Assembly (NCBI GenBank): GCA_963783375.1
Contig: CAWANH010000028.1
Coordinates: forward strand, 1,568,001-1,632,000
Source of the DNA: Candidatus Eiseniibacteriota bacterium
Lineage (GTDB): Bacteria > Eisenbacteria > RBG-16-71-46 > JABDJR01
DNA: 64,000 bases
Direction of reading: 5' to 3'
Under the pieces are notes generated by a model. It was not told the origin of the DNA, ran no database searches, and saw only the letters and a list, made by a program, of their open reading frames with translations. A program made the position numbers and the translations under genes. Shown here one piece after another: positions 35,912-46,473 of this stretch (position 1 is the stretch's first letter; each line of letters starts with the position of its first letter).

Positions 35912-36682
35912 ATGGCCCGAGCATCCACCAAGGCGCACTGGGACGCGTACTGGAAAGAAAACGCCGATCCCCACGTCACCTACGACAACGACAACCGGGT
36001 GATCAACGCGATCCTGGCCCTCGGAGAGGTGCGCGGTAAACGCATCCTCGAGGTCGGGGCGGGCTCCGGCCGGGACTCCATCGAGCTGGCCCGCCGCGGG
36101 GCGCGGGTCACGGTGATCGACTACGTGCCCTCCTCCCTGGACGTGGTGGCGCGGAACGCCGCCGCCGCCGGGGTGGCCATCACCATGGTCTGCGCCGACG
36201 GGACCCGCATGCCCTTCAACGAAGGGACCTTCGACGTCGTGTTTCACCAGGGGCTTCTCGAGCACTTCCGCGATCCCGTCCCCCTGGTGGCGGACAACCG
36301 GCGGGTCCTGAAGCGCGGCGGCCACGTGGTCATCGACGTTCCCCAGCGCTGGCACGTCTACACGGTGGGGAAGAAGATCATGATCGCCCTGGACCGGTGG
36401 TTCGCGGGGTGGGAGACCGAGTTCTCGATCCGTGAGCTCTCGCGGCTGGTTGAGGCCCAGGGATTCCGGGTCGAGGCCCGTTTCGGGGACTGGATGATCC
36501 CCGGCTTCTTCTACCGTGCCGCCCGCTACGGCCTCCGCGCGGTGGGGGTGGGGATTCCCCGGAATCCGGGGGGGCTGGGGCCGCTGGGGCGGATGAACGA
36601 CGCCTGGCGGAACTGGTTCCGGCGGCGGCCCCTGGCCTACTGGACCTTCGCCATGATCGGCGTGGTGGGGAGGAAGGTTTGA
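35912..36682 (+). CDS. Class I SAM-dependent methyltransferase
   Basis: ILEVGAGSG, FDVVFHQGLLEHF, LKRGG. Confidence 0.9.
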   Translation: MARASTKAHWDAYWKENADPHVTYDNDNRVINAILALGEVRGKRILEVGAGSGRDSIELARRGARVTVIDYVPSSLDVVARNAAAAGVAITMVCADGTRMPFNEGTFDVVFHQGLLEHFRDPVPLVADNRRVLKRGGHVVIDVPQRWHVYTVGKKIMIALDRWFAGWETEFSIRELSRLVEAQGFRVEARFGDWMIPGFFYRAARYGLRAVGVGIPRNPGGLGPLGRMNDAWRNWFRRRPLAYWTFAMIGVVGRKV

Positions 36683-37824
36683 GCCGGCGCATCTGCCTCC
36701 TGTCCTATCGGGACATGAAGCACCCGGAGGCCGGCGGGGCCGAGGTCATCATTCAGGAGGTGTTCTCCCGGATCGCCGAGCGGGGGAACCAGGTCACCCT
36801 CCTCACCGGGATGTTCCCCGGGGCCTCGCGCACCGATCGAATCGGTCCCCTGGAAATCCACCGGACGGGAAACCTCTACAACTTCAACTTCGCCGCTCCC
36901 CGGTACTTCAAGAAGCACCTCGAGCCCCGGGGATACGACCTGGTGGCCGAGGACCTGAACAAGATCCCGTTCTTCATGCCGCTCCACACCCGGCTCCCGG
37001 TCCTGACCATCGTGCCCCACCTGTTCGGCACTACCGTGTTCCAGGAGGCCCCCTTCCCCCTCGCGACCTACGTCTACCTCTACGAGCGCTTCATACCGAG
37101 GGTGTACCGGAACTCCCGGTTCTCGGTTCTCTCCGAGAGCACCCGGGATGACCTGGCGGCCCGGGGGATCCCCCGGCGGAACCTCCGCGTCATCCACAGC
37201 GGGATGGACCACGACCTCTACGGCCCCAGCCCGGTCCCGGTGGCCGAGCGGCCCAAGCGGATCGTGTACCTGGGCCGGCTCAAGAAATACAAGCGGATCG
37301 AAAACCCTATCCTGGCCCTGCCCAAGGTCTTGGCCCGGGTGCAGGGCGCCGAGTACTGGATCGTGGGAGAGGGGGATTTTCGAGGGGAGCTGGAGCGTAT
37401 TGCCAGCCGAACCGGGGTGGCCGATCATGTTCGCTTCCCGGGGTACGTGGGGGGGCGGGACAAGGTGAAGCTATTGCAGGAGTCGCGGGTGCTGGCCTAT
37501 ACCTCGCCCAAGGAAGGTTGGGGGCTCTCCGTGATCGAGGCCGGTGCCTGCGCCACCCCGGTTGTGGCCAGCCGGTCCCCGGGGCTCCGGGAGTCGGTGG
37601 TGGACGGGAAGACCGGGTTCCTGGTGGAGCACGGCGACATCGACGAGTTGGCCGCGAAGATCATCACCCTTCTCACCGACGACGCCCTGGCGTCGTCGAT
37701 GGCCGGGGAAGGGGTGGGCTGGGCCCGTAACTTCAACTGGCAGGCGTCCACCGAGAAGACCCTGGATCTCATCGAGGAGATCCTGGGAGAGCGTGGCGAG
37801 GCGCGCGCCGTACGCGGGAGATAG
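36679..37824 (+). CDS. Glycosyltransferase family 4
   Basis: HPEAGGAE, YLGRLKKYK, EGWGLSVIEA. Confidence 0.93.
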   Translation: MSRRICLLSYRDMKHPEAGGAEVIIQEVFSRIAERGNQVTLLTGMFPGASRTDRIGPLEIHRTGNLYNFNFAAPRYFKKHLEPRGYDLVAEDLNKIPFFMPLHTRLPVLTIVPHLFGTTVFQEAPFPLATYVYLYERFIPRVYRNSRFSVLSESTRDDLAARGIPRRNLRVIHSGMDHDLYGPSPVPVAERPKRIVYLGRLKKYKRIENPILALPKVLARVQGAEYWIVGEGDFRGELERIASRTGVADHVRFPGYVGGRDKVKLLQESRVLAYTSPKEGWGLSVIEAGACATPVVASRSPGLRESVVDGKTGFLVEHGDIDELAAKIITLLTDDALASSMAGEGVGWARNFNWQASTEKTLDLIEEILGERGEARAVRGR

Positions 37825-37828
37825 CACG

Positions 37829-40357
37829 TTGACCACGTTGGAGCGGTATACACAGGACAAGCAGAACACCCTGGTCGCCGTGTTCGTATTCCTGTTCAGC
37901 CTTGCCATCTACACCATCACCATGACCCCCACCGTTCCGTTCTGGGACAGCGGGGAGTTCATCGCCACCAGCTACATTCTCGGCGTGCCCCATGCCCCCG
38001 GCACCCCGCTCTACGTTCTCCTCGGGCGCATCTTCACCCTCATTCCCATCGCCACCATCGCCCAGCGCGTGAACTGGTTTTCCGCCCTCTCCTCGGCGGT
38101 GGCCGTGCTCTTCACCTATCTGGTGACGGTCAAGGTCAGCCGCAAGATCTTCCCCTGGGAGGAGAAGTCGATCAACCGTCCCCTGGCCTATGTGGCCGGG
38201 GTGGTGGCCGCGTTCATGGCCGGCTTCGCCACCACCTTCTGGGACAACGCCGTCGAGGCCGAAGTGTACGCCGCGTCCTGCGCGCTCATGGTCTTCGTGG
38301 TGTGGCTCGCGCTTCGCTGGGAGGAGCGGTTGGACCGGGGGAACGAGGACGGTCTTCTCCTTCTTCTCACCTACCTGGTAGGTCTGGGAATCGGCATCCA
38401 TCTGGGGGTGGCCATCGCGGCCTGGGCGGCGGTGATCTTCGTCTTCGCCACCCGCCCCAGCTACATCTGGCGGTGGGACTACTTCGGCTGGGGGCTGGTG
38501 ACCCTCTCCCTGGCCACCGGCATCCACATCGGAGCGTTCCTGGTGGCGCCGGTGGTGCTGGGGATCACCCTCCTGGTGTGGATCGTGAGCGGGAAGTTCC
38601 ACAAGCTGGCCTTCTGGAGCGCGCTCCTCTTCATGGTGGGCGTGTCGGTCCACTTCTACCTGCTCATCCGCTCCAACCTCCACCCGATGATCAACGAGGC
38701 GGCGCCGGAGACCTGGCACTCCCTGTGGCTGATGCTCATCCGCGATCAGTACAAGCCCCCGCCCATCTGGGAGCGCAAGGCGGACTTCTGGTACCAGCTG
38801 AACCACATGTACTTCCGGTACATGAGGTGGAACTTCACCCTCTTCTTCCTGAAGGGGAGGGGCTTCTTCCAGCTCCCGATTCTCCTGGCGGTGGCGGGGG
38901 CGTTCATCCATCTCGTTCGGGCGCGGCGGAGCGCGATCCTCCTCGGAGTGCTCTTCGCCCTCCTGGGACCGGCCATGGTGGTCTACCTCAATTTCCGGGT
39001 GGGGGAGGTCCGCGAGCGGGACTATTTCTTCGTCCAGAACTTCCAGTTCATGTCCATCTGGGTGGGGATCGGCGCGGCGTGGCTGGTGATCTGGGCCCGG
39101 GACCAGTTCTCGAGGGAATCGAGCCGCCGGGTGGCCGTCGGCGCGACCGCTACCCTCATGCTGGCCATGTCCCTGGCCCCCGTGTTCACCAACTGGAGAT
39201 CCCATGACCGGCGGGGCTTCTACGTGGCCCGGGACTACGCCTACAACATGCTGATCGGGCTGGCCCCCAACGCCATCATCTTCACCAACGGGGACAACGA
39301 CACCTTCCCGCTCTGGTACCTCCAGGAGGTGGAGAAGATCCGCAAGGACGTCCGGGTGGTGAACCTGAGCCTCCTCAACACCGACTGGTACATCAAGCAG
39401 CTCCGGGATCTGAGCCCCAAGGTGCCCATCGGCTGGACCGATGCCCAGATCGAGCAGGCGCAGCCCTACCGCGACCAGAACGGGAAGATCTGGTACGTGA
39501 AGGACATCGCCGTCCGCCAGATCGTGAAGGAAAACAACTGGCAACGGCCGCTCTACCTGGCGGTGACCGTGCCCGACCAGATGGGTCTGGAAAAGCAGCT
39601 GGTGATGGAGGGGCTGGTGTTCCGGATCGAGCCCAAGCCCACCGACCAGCACATGGACGTGGAGAAGACCCTCAACAACCTGAACCATGTGTACACGTTC
39701 AAGGGCCTGGTCCTGAAGGACACCACCGCCGACGGCAAGGTGAACTGGCTCCCCGACACCACGGTGTACAAGGACGAGAACGCCACCAAGCTGGTGCAGA
39801 ACTACGCCGCCGCCTTCAGCCGGGTGGGGGTCTCCCTCTTCGAGAAGGGAAAGACCCAGGAGGCCCTGGACGAGATGCAGAAGGCCGAGGCGGTCTCGCC
39901 GGACTTCCCGGGGATCCCGCTGGCCAAGCTGGTCTTCCTGGAGCAGCTGGGCCGGATCGACGACGCCGAGGCCTACGGCAAGCGCATGATCCAGCGGTAC
40001 CCCGGCGACTGGCAGTTCTACCAGCGGCTGGGCCAGCTCCTCCTCGACCACAACAAGGCCGAGCAGTCGATCCAGTACTTCGAGGGTGCGTCGAGAGCGG
40101 CCCCCGACGAGTACTACCCCTACCAGGGCCTGGTGAGCGCCTACTACAAGCTGGGCCGCTACCAAGACGCCCTGACCGCGCTCCAGCGCCTGGCCGACCA
40201 GCACCCCGAGGACAAGAGCATCATCCAGTACATCGGCGAGCTCCGGGAATCGATCAAGAGCGGAGAGCTCCTGCCCGGAATGGCCGCCGACACCACCGCG
40301 GCGGGGGACACCACGGTTGGGGGCGCTCAGGCTCCGGCGGGATCCGATGGAAACTGA
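37829..40357 (+). CDS. DUF2723 (TMEM260-like, GT-C) membrane glycosyltransferase with C-terminal TPRs
   Basis: FWDSGEF, HAPGTPLY, EAEVY, RERDYF, FTNGDNDTFPLWY, VVNLSLLNTDWY; TPR-like helices at the C-terminus. Confidence 0.9.
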   Translation: MTTLERYTQDKQNTLVAVFVFLFSLAIYTITMTPTVPFWDSGEFIATSYILGVPHAPGTPLYVLLGRIFTLIPIATIAQRVNWFSALSSAVAVLFTYLVTVKVSRKIFPWEEKSINRPLAYVAGVVAAFMAGFATTFWDNAVEAEVYAASCALMVFVVWLALRWEERLDRGNEDGLLLLLTYLVGLGIGIHLGVAIAAWAAVIFVFATRPSYIWRWDYFGWGLVTLSLATGIHIGAFLVAPVVLGITLLVWIVSGKFHKLAFWSALLFMVGVSVHFYLLIRSNLHPMINEAAPETWHSLWLMLIRDQYKPPPIWERKADFWYQLNHMYFRYMRWNFTLFFLKGRGFFQLPILLAVAGAFIHLVRARRSAILLGVLFALLGPAMVVYLNFRVGEVRERDYFFVQNFQFMSIWVGIGAAWLVIWARDQFSRESSRRVAVGATATLMLAMSLAPVFTNWRSHDRRGFYVARDYAYNMLIGLAPNAIIFTNGDNDTFPLWYLQEVEKIRKDVRVVNLSLLNTDWYIKQLRDLSPKVPIGWTDAQIEQAQPYRDQNGKIWYVKDIAVRQIVKENNWQRPLYLAVTVPDQMGLEKQLVMEGLVFRIEPKPTDQHMDVEKTLNNLNHVYTFKGLVLKDTTADGKVNWLPDTTVYKDENATKLVQNYAAAFSRVGVSLFEKGKTQEALDEMQKAEAVSPDFPGIPLAKLVFLEQLGRIDDAEAYGKRMIQRYPGDWQFYQRLGQLLLDHNKAEQSIQYFEGASRAAPDEYYPYQGLVSAYYKLGRYQDALTALQRLADQHPEDKSIIQYIGELRESIKSGELLPGMAADTTAAGDTTVGGAQAPAGSDGN

Positions 40358-41324
40358 AGCGCTGGTCACCGGGGTGGCGGGCTTCTTGGGCTCCCACCTG
40401 GCCGGTGCGCTTCTCGATCGCGGCCACGCGGTGCGTGGGGTGGACTGCTTCACCCCCTACTACGGCCGGACGCTCAAGGAGGCCAACCTGGCCGGGCTGC
40501 GTTCCCACCCGGGCTTCCGCTTCCACGAGATCGATCTGAGGACCGCGGACCTGGCGCCGGTGTTCGAGGGGGTGGACTGGGTGTTCCACCAGGCCGCCCA
40601 ACCCGGGGTGCGGGCTTCCTGGGACGAGGGCTTCGCCGACTATGTCGGGCACAACCTCCTGGCCACCCAGCGTCTCCTGGAGACCTGCCGCCGGGCGGGA
40701 ACGTCGCGGGTGGTGTTCGCCTCGTCCTCTTCGGTGTACGGAAACGTCTCCGAGGGTGAGGTGGAGGAGGACGCGCCGCTCCGCCCCATGTCTCCCTACG
40801 GGGTGACCAAGCTCGCCTCGGAGCGGCTGGTGGACGTCTATCACCGGGAGTTCGGTCTCCACACCGTGAGCCTTCGCTACTTCACGGTCTGCGGACCCCG
40901 GCAGCGCCCGGACATGGCGTTCCACAAGATACTGCGGGCGCTCCACCTCGGGCAGGAATTCCCCCAGTACGGGGACGGTTCCCAGCTTCGCGACTTCACC
41001 CACGTGGGGGACGCGGTCGAGGCCAATCTCCTGGCCGCGGAGCGGGGACGGGCGGGGGCGGTGTACAACATCGGCGGGGGAAACCCGATCTCCCTGTCCG
41101 ACGCGATCCGCACCCTGGAGCGGGTGACCGGCCGCCGGGCCAAGCTACGGGTCCTGCCCCGGGCCGAGGGGGACCCCGACCGCACCGCGGCGTCGCTGGA
41201 GCGGGCGCGGCGCGACCTGGGCTACGAACCGAAGGTCCCGGTGGACGAGGCCCTGCGGCGGGAGGCGGAGTGGTTCGCCGGTTCCGACGGACCGCTGGCC
41301 CTGGAGGCGGGGAGACGAACGTGA
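40347..41324 (+). CDS. NAD-dependent epimerase/dehydratase (UDP-glucuronate 4-epimerase-like)
   Basis: TGVAGFLG, HQAAQPGVR, SSSSVYG, YGVTK, RQRPDMA. Confidence 0.92.
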   Translation: METEALVTGVAGFLGSHLAGALLDRGHAVRGVDCFTPYYGRTLKEANLAGLRSHPGFRFHEIDLRTADLAPVFEGVDWVFHQAAQPGVRASWDEGFADYVGHNLLATQRLLETCRRAGTSRVVFASSSSVYGNVSEGEVEEDAPLRPMSPYGVTKLASERLVDVYHREFGLHTVSLRYFTVCGPRQRPDMAFHKILRALHLGQEFPQYGDGSQLRDFTHVGDAVEANLLAAERGRAGAVYNIGGGNPISLSDAIRTLERVTGRRAKLRVLPRAEGDPDRTAASLERARRDLGYEPKVPVDEALRREAEWFAGSDGPLALEAGRRT

Positions 41325-42244
41325 GCGTGGACGTGAGCGTGGTGGTGCCCGCCTTCAACGAGGCGGAGAGCCTGCCGGAGCTGGCGGATCGCGTGCGCGA
41401 CGTGCTCGCGGGCACGGGCAAGACATGGGAACTGCTGGTGGTGGACGACGGCAGCACCGACGACACCCGCGAGGTCCTGAAGCGGCTCGCCGCCGGGATC
41501 CCGGAGTTCCGGTATCGCTCCTTTCTCCGGAACTACGGCAAGGCCGCCGCCCTGGATGTGGCCTTCCGCGAGGCGCGGGGGGACGCGATCATCACCATGG
41601 ACGCCGATCTCCAGGACGACCCCGGGGAGATCCCCGGCCTCCTGGCCGAGCTCGACCGGGGCTTCGACCTGGTCTCGGGTTGGAAGCGAGTGCGCCACGA
41701 TCCCATCTCCAAGACCCTCCCCTCCAAGCTGTTCAACGCCACGGTGAGCGCTTTCGCCGGGGTGCGTCTCCACGACTTCAACTGCGGTCTCAAGGCCTAT
41801 CGCGCCGGTACCGCCCGAAGCCTTCCGGTCTACGGGGAGCTTCACCGTTTTCTCCCCGCCCTGGCCCACTGGCGGGGCTACAAGGTCACCGAGATCCCGG
41901 TGCTTCACCACGCCCGGATCCACGGCCGGAGCAAGTACGGCCCCAGCCGCTTCGTGAACGGGTTCCTGGACCTCTTGACCGTGACCTTCGTCTATTCGGG
42001 GAAGCACAGTCCCCTCCACTTTTTCGGCCGGATCGGACTGCTCCTGGGAGTGATCGGGGGGGGGATCTTCACCGCCTTCGTGGTTTCATGGGGACTGGGC
42101 CATCCGGTTCGCATGCGGCCCATCTTCTTCATCGGGCTCATCCTGATCATCCTGGCCATCCAGTTCATCTCCCTGGGACTCCTGGGCGAGCTGGTGGTCA
42201 AGGGCCAGGCTCGGACCCCCTACCAGTTCCGGGAGGAGGCATGA
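41321..42244 (+). CDS. GT2 polyprenol-phosphate glycosyltransferase (ArnC/GtrB-like, 2 C-terminal TMs)
   Basis: VDDGSTD, NYGKAAAL, MDADLQDDP, HDFNCG, SKYG. Confidence 0.92.
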   Translation: MSVDVSVVVPAFNEAESLPELADRVRDVLAGTGKTWELLVVDDGSTDDTREVLKRLAAGIPEFRYRSFLRNYGKAAALDVAFREARGDAIITMDADLQDDPGEIPGLLAELDRGFDLVSGWKRVRHDPISKTLPSKLFNATVSAFAGVRLHDFNCGLKAYRAGTARSLPVYGELHRFLPALAHWRGYKVTEIPVLHHARIHGRSKYGPSRFVNGFLDLLTVTFVYSGKHSPLHFFGRIGLLLGVIGGGIFTAFVVSWGLGHPVRMRPIFFIGLILIILAIQFISLGLLGELVVKGQARTPYQFREEA

Positions 42245-42966
42245 CCGATGCCGCCATGCCCCGCGCGGCGCTTCTGGCCGGGGGGTTGGGGACCCGCATC
42301 CGGGCCGTGGCCGGGAGCACCCCCAAGGTGCTCCTCCCGGTGGAGGGCCGTCCGTTCATCGCCCACCTCCTGGAGTACCTCGACCGCCAAGGGGTGACCG
42401 AGGCGGTGCTCTGCCTGGGCCACGCCGCCGACCAGGTCTGGGACGCCGCCCTCTCGGCGGCTCCCCCCACCATGAAGCTCACCGCCTCCCGCGAGGAGAC
42501 GCCCCTGGGGACGGGAGGCGCCCTCCGGTTGGCCGTCGAGCACCTCGGGGATACCTTCTTCGTGGTGAACGGCGACACCTTCCTGGAGGCCCCGCTCGCC
42601 CCGTTGCTCCAGTTTCACCGCCGCTCCAAAGCCCTGATCACCCTCTCCCTGGTGCGCTCGGAGCAGGCGGCGGAGAAGGGGACGGTGCGGGTGGACCCTT
42701 CGGGTCGGGTGCTCGACTTCGTGGAGAAGGTCCCCGACGGCACCGGCCTCATCAACGGCGGGGTCTACGTGGCCGATGCCCCGGCGCTCGAACACTGCGT
42801 CCTGGGCAAGCCCTGCTCCCTGGAGCGGGAGGTGATCCCCGCCGCGCTCCGCCGGGGCGAAACCATCATGGCCCGCCGCGCCGACGCCCCCTTCGTGGAC
42901 ATCGGGCTCCCCGAGGACTATCTGAGAGTGCGGGACCGCCTCCCCCGGGCGGGGGGCCGCCGGTGA
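42241..42966 (+). CDS. Sugar-1-phosphate nucleotidyltransferase (HddC-like)
   Basis: LAGGLGTR, PK, PLGTGGA, VNGDT, INGGVY, FVDIG.PEDY. Confidence 0.88.
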   Translation: MTDAAMPRAALLAGGLGTRIRAVAGSTPKVLLPVEGRPFIAHLLEYLDRQGVTEAVLCLGHAADQVWDAALSAAPPTMKLTASREETPLGTGGALRLAVEHLGDTFFVVNGDTFLEAPLAPLLQFHRRSKALITLSLVRSEQAAEKGTVRVDPSGRVLDFVEKVPDGTGLINGGVYVADAPALEHCVLGKPCSLEREVIPAALRRGETIMARRADAPFVDIGLPEDYLRVRDRLPRAGGRR

Positions 42967-43973
42967 AGATCTACCGGGCCAAGGCCCCGCTTCGGATCTC
43001 CTTCTGCGGTGGCGGCACCGACGTCTCGCCCTATCCCGAGGAACGGGGCGGGGTGGTGCTCTCCAGCACGGTGGACAAGTTCGCCTACGCCACCCTCCGC
43101 CCCCGCAAGGACGACCGCCTCCGCATCCGCTCCCTGGACTACGACATCGTGGCCAACTACGACCGCTCCAAGCTGGAGTACGACGGGGAGCTGGACCTGG
43201 TGAAGGCGGTGGCCCGGTACTTCACGCTTCCTTCCGGGGCCGACCTCTTCATCCACTCCGATGCTCCCCCCGGAAGCGGGCTGGGCTCCTCCTCCACCAT
43301 GTGCGTGGCCCTGGTGGGGGTGTTCATGGAGTGGCTGGGCATTCCGATGACCAGCTACGAGATCGCGGAGATCACCTACCGGATCGAGCGGGAGGAGCTT
43401 CAGATCGCCGGCGGCCGCCAGGACCAGTACGCGGCCACCTTCGGCGGGTTCAACTACATCGAGTTCCTCGAGAACGTGACCGTGGTGAACCCGCTCCGGA
43501 TCCGCCCCGATCTCCGGGCCGAGCTGGAGTACAACCTCCTCCTCTGCTACACCGGCCAGACCCGGCTCTCCGCCAACATCGTGGCCAGCCAGACCCGGGC
43601 CTATCAGGCCAAGAAGCAGGCGGTGGTGAAGGCCCTGGACCGGATGAAGGCGCTGACCCAGGAGATGAAGACCGCGCTCCTGATCGGGGACCTGCCCACC
43701 TTCGGGAAGCTCTTGCACGTGGCCTGGTCCGAGAAGAAGCAGCTCGACGAGAAGATCAGCTCCTCCCGCATCGACAACCTCTACACCATCGCCCGGCGCT
43801 ACGGCACGCTGGGGGGGAAGATCCTGGGCGCGGGCGGGGGAGGCTATCTCCTTCTCTACGTGCCCTTCACCCGCAAGCACAACGTGGCCCGGGTCCTGGA
43901 GGAGGCGGGCGCGAAGGTGGTGCCGTTCGCGTTCACCGAGGGGGGACTGGCCACCTGGAGCGTGGCCGGGTGA
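42963..43973 (+). CDS. hddA: GHMP kinase, heptose-7-phosphate kinase-like
   Basis: APLRISFCGGGTD, PPGSGLGSSS, GGRQDQY, GGKILGAGGGG. Confidence 0.85.
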   Translation: MKIYRAKAPLRISFCGGGTDVSPYPEERGGVVLSSTVDKFAYATLRPRKDDRLRIRSLDYDIVANYDRSKLEYDGELDLVKAVARYFTLPSGADLFIHSDAPPGSGLGSSSTMCVALVGVFMEWLGIPMTSYEIAEITYRIEREELQIAGGRQDQYAATFGGFNYIEFLENVTVVNPLRIRPDLRAELEYNLLLCYTGQTRLSANIVASQTRAYQAKKQAVVKALDRMKALTQEMKTALLIGDLPTFGKLLHVAWSEKKQLDEKISSSRIDNLYTIARRYGTLGGKILGAGGGGYLLLYVPFTRKHNVARVLEEAGAKVVPFAFTEGGLATWSVAG

Positions 43974-45142
43974 GGTTTGTCCTCGTAGGAACCGCCTATC
44001 CCCAACGGGGAGGCATCGCCCACTACATCGCGCTCCTCTCCCGGGCCCTCGAGGCCGCCGGCCACGAGGTCAAGGTGGTCTCCTTCACCCGCCAGTATCC
44101 CGGGCTGTTCTTTCCCGGCCGGTCCCAGGACGAAGCCGGCCCCGAGACCATCCGGGTGGATTCCGAGCGGTTGATCGACTCCGTCGGCCCCCTCTCCTGG
44201 TTCCGGGCCGCCCGCCGGATCCGCGCGATCGCCCCCGACCTGGTGGTGTTCAAGTACTGGATGCCCTTCTTCGCTCCCGCCTACGGAACCATGGCCCGAA
44301 GGCTCGGGAAGGCGGGGATCCGGACCTGCTTCCTCCTCGACAACGTCATCCCCCACGAACGGCGCCCCGGCGACATCGCCCTCACCCGCTACGCGCTGGC
44401 TCCGGTGGACTGCTTCGTGGCCCAGTCGAAATCGGTGGCCGCCGAGCTCCGCCGGTTCCGGCCCCATGCCCCGCTCCGGGAAGTGGCGCATCCGGTCTAC
44501 GACATCTTCGGGGAGAACTCGGACCGCGAAGCGGCGCGGCGGCGCCTCGGGGTGCGAGCCGAAGAGGTGGCGCTCTTCTTCGGCTTCATCCGGGGGTACA
44601 AGGGGCTCCTGAACCTCTTTCGCGCGGTGGCCCGGATCCCCCGCGAGCGGAGCTTCCAGCTCCTGGTGGGAGGGGAGTTCTACGAGGATCCCGGGCCCTA
44701 CCGCGACCTGATCGCCGAGCTGGGGATCGCCGACCGGGTGATCCTCCACGACCGCTACATCCCCAACGACGAGGTGGCGGACTTCTTCACCGCGGCCAAC
44801 GTGGTGGTGTTGCCCTATCAGAGCGCCACCCAGAGCGGGATCATCCAGATCGCCTTCAACTTCAACCGCCCGGTGATCACCACCGACGTGGGGGGGCTCC
44901 CCGAGGTGGTGCGGCCGGGAGAGCTGGGGGAGGTGGTCCCTCCCGAGGATCCCGCCGCCCTGGCCGAGGCGATGGTGGACTACTTCGAGTCGGGGAAGGA
45001 GGCGCGCTACACCCCCCAGGTGGCCGAGGAAAAGAAACGTTATTCGTGGGGGAAGCTGGTCGAGGCGCTGGCGGCTCTCGCCGGCGGGGAGGGCGGGACG
45101 GAGGGCGAAACCACCGGCGCGTCCAAGGGAGCCTCCGCGTGA
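43970..45142 (+). CDS. Glycosyltransferase family 4
   Basis: AYPQRGGIAH, FFGFIRGYKG, PYQSATQSG, VGGLPE. Confidence 0.92.
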   Translation: MRFVLVGTAYPQRGGIAHYIALLSRALEAAGHEVKVVSFTRQYPGLFFPGRSQDEAGPETIRVDSERLIDSVGPLSWFRAARRIRAIAPDLVVFKYWMPFFAPAYGTMARRLGKAGIRTCFLLDNVIPHERRPGDIALTRYALAPVDCFVAQSKSVAAELRRFRPHAPLREVAHPVYDIFGENSDREAARRRLGVRAEEVALFFGFIRGYKGLLNLFRAVARIPRERSFQLLVGGEFYEDPGPYRDLIAELGIADRVILHDRYIPNDEVADFFTAANVVVLPYQSATQSGIIQIAFNFNRPVITTDVGGLPEVVRPGELGEVVPPEDPAALAEAMVDYFESGKEARYTPQVAEEKKRYSWGKLVEALAALAGGEGGTEGETTGASKGASA

Positions 45143-46473
45143 CCCGCCGCCGGGTGCTCATCGTGGCTTATTACTTTCCCCCCTCGGGCGGCCCCGGCGT
45201 CCAGCGGGTGCTCAAGTTCGCGCGCTACCTTCCCGATTTCGGGTGGGATCCGGCGGTGCTCACGGTGTCGGGGGCGGACTACCCGGCCCGGGACGAGTCG
45301 CTCCTGGCCGAGATCCCGGACACCGTTCCCGTGGTCCGCACCCCGATCCCCGAGCCTTACGATCTCTACCGGATGCTCACCGGAAGGAAGAAGGGGACGC
45401 CGGTCGACGTGAACGTGAACTACGCCGCCGGACGCAGGGTCACGGTGAAGGAGCGCGCCGCCCAGTGGGTGCGGGGGATGTTCTTCATCCCCGACGCCCG
45501 CGCGGGCTGGCTCCTCACCGGGATCCGGCCGGGGGTCGACCTGGCCCGGCGCTTCGGGGCCGATCTGGTCTATTCCTCGTCCCCCCCCTATACCTGCGCG
45601 CTCCTCGGGCGGGCGGTGGCCCGCCGGGCCGGTATTCCCTGGGTGCCCGAGTTCCGCGATCCGTGGACGGGGTTCCTGAGCGCGCCCCGCCGGCCGGAGC
45701 CGGCCCGGAGCTTCGAGCGCCGGCTGGAACGGGGGGTCTACCGCGACGCCCCCCGGATCGCGGTGGCCTGGCGGGGGATCGCCGACGATTTCACCGGCAA
45801 GTACCCGCGCGAGGACGCCTCGAAGTTCCGCCTCGTCCCCAACGGGTATGATCCGGAGGACCTGGAGGGGATCTCCCCCCGGGCCAACCCGCGGTTCACC
45901 GTGGTCTACACCGGATCCATGTACGGGGTGCGGAACCCCGACGCCTTCCTTCGGGCGGCGGAGACGCTCCTCGCCTCGGGCCGGATGGACCCCGACCGGG
46001 TGCGGCTCCGTTTCGTGGGGCGGTTCGGCGACGAGGTGCGGGCCATGTTCGGCCGCCCCGGGGTGGCGGCGGTGGTGGAGGAGGTCCCCTACGTTCCCCA
46101 CGCCGAGAGCGTGGCCGAGATTCTCGGCGCCCACGCCCTCCTCCTGGTGGTGGACGACGTGGCCGGATCCGAGGGGATTGTTCCGGGCAAGGTGTTCGAA
46201 TACATTGGCGCCCGCCGGCCTCTCCTGGCCCTGGCCCCCGAGGGGGCGGTGGCGGAGCTGGTGCGGCGGACCGCGGCGGGCCGGGTGCTGGCCCGGGACG
46301 ACGTGGGCGGGATCGCCGAGGCCCTGGCCGCCCTCTACCAGGAGTGGCTCCGAACCGGGACCACGGCCTTCGAGGGGCGTGAGGACGAGGTGAAGCGGTT
46401 GAGCCGCCGGGAACGCACCCGGGACCTGGCCGCCCTCTTCGACGAGGTACTGGAGGAAGTACATGGCGCGTAA
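45139..46473 (+). CDS. Glycosyltransferase family 4
   Basis: YYFPPSGGPGVQR, SSPP, FRDPW, YTGS, PGKVFEY. Confidence 0.92.
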   Translation: MTRRRVLIVAYYFPPSGGPGVQRVLKFARYLPDFGWDPAVLTVSGADYPARDESLLAEIPDTVPVVRTPIPEPYDLYRMLTGRKKGTPVDVNVNYAAGRRVTVKERAAQWVRGMFFIPDARAGWLLTGIRPGVDLARRFGADLVYSSSPPYTCALLGRAVARRAGIPWVPEFRDPWTGFLSAPRRPEPARSFERRLERGVYRDAPRIAVAWRGIADDFTGKYPREDASKFRLVPNGYDPEDLEGISPRANPRFTVVYTGSMYGVRNPDAFLRAAETLLASGRMDPDRVRLRFVGRFGDEVRAMFGRPGVAAVVEEVPYVPHAESVAEILGAHALLLVVDDVAGSEGIVPGKVFEYIGARRPLLALAPEGAVAELVRRTAAGRVLARDDVGGIAEALAALYQEWLRTGTTAFEGREDEVKRLSRRERTRDLAALFDEVLEEVHGA

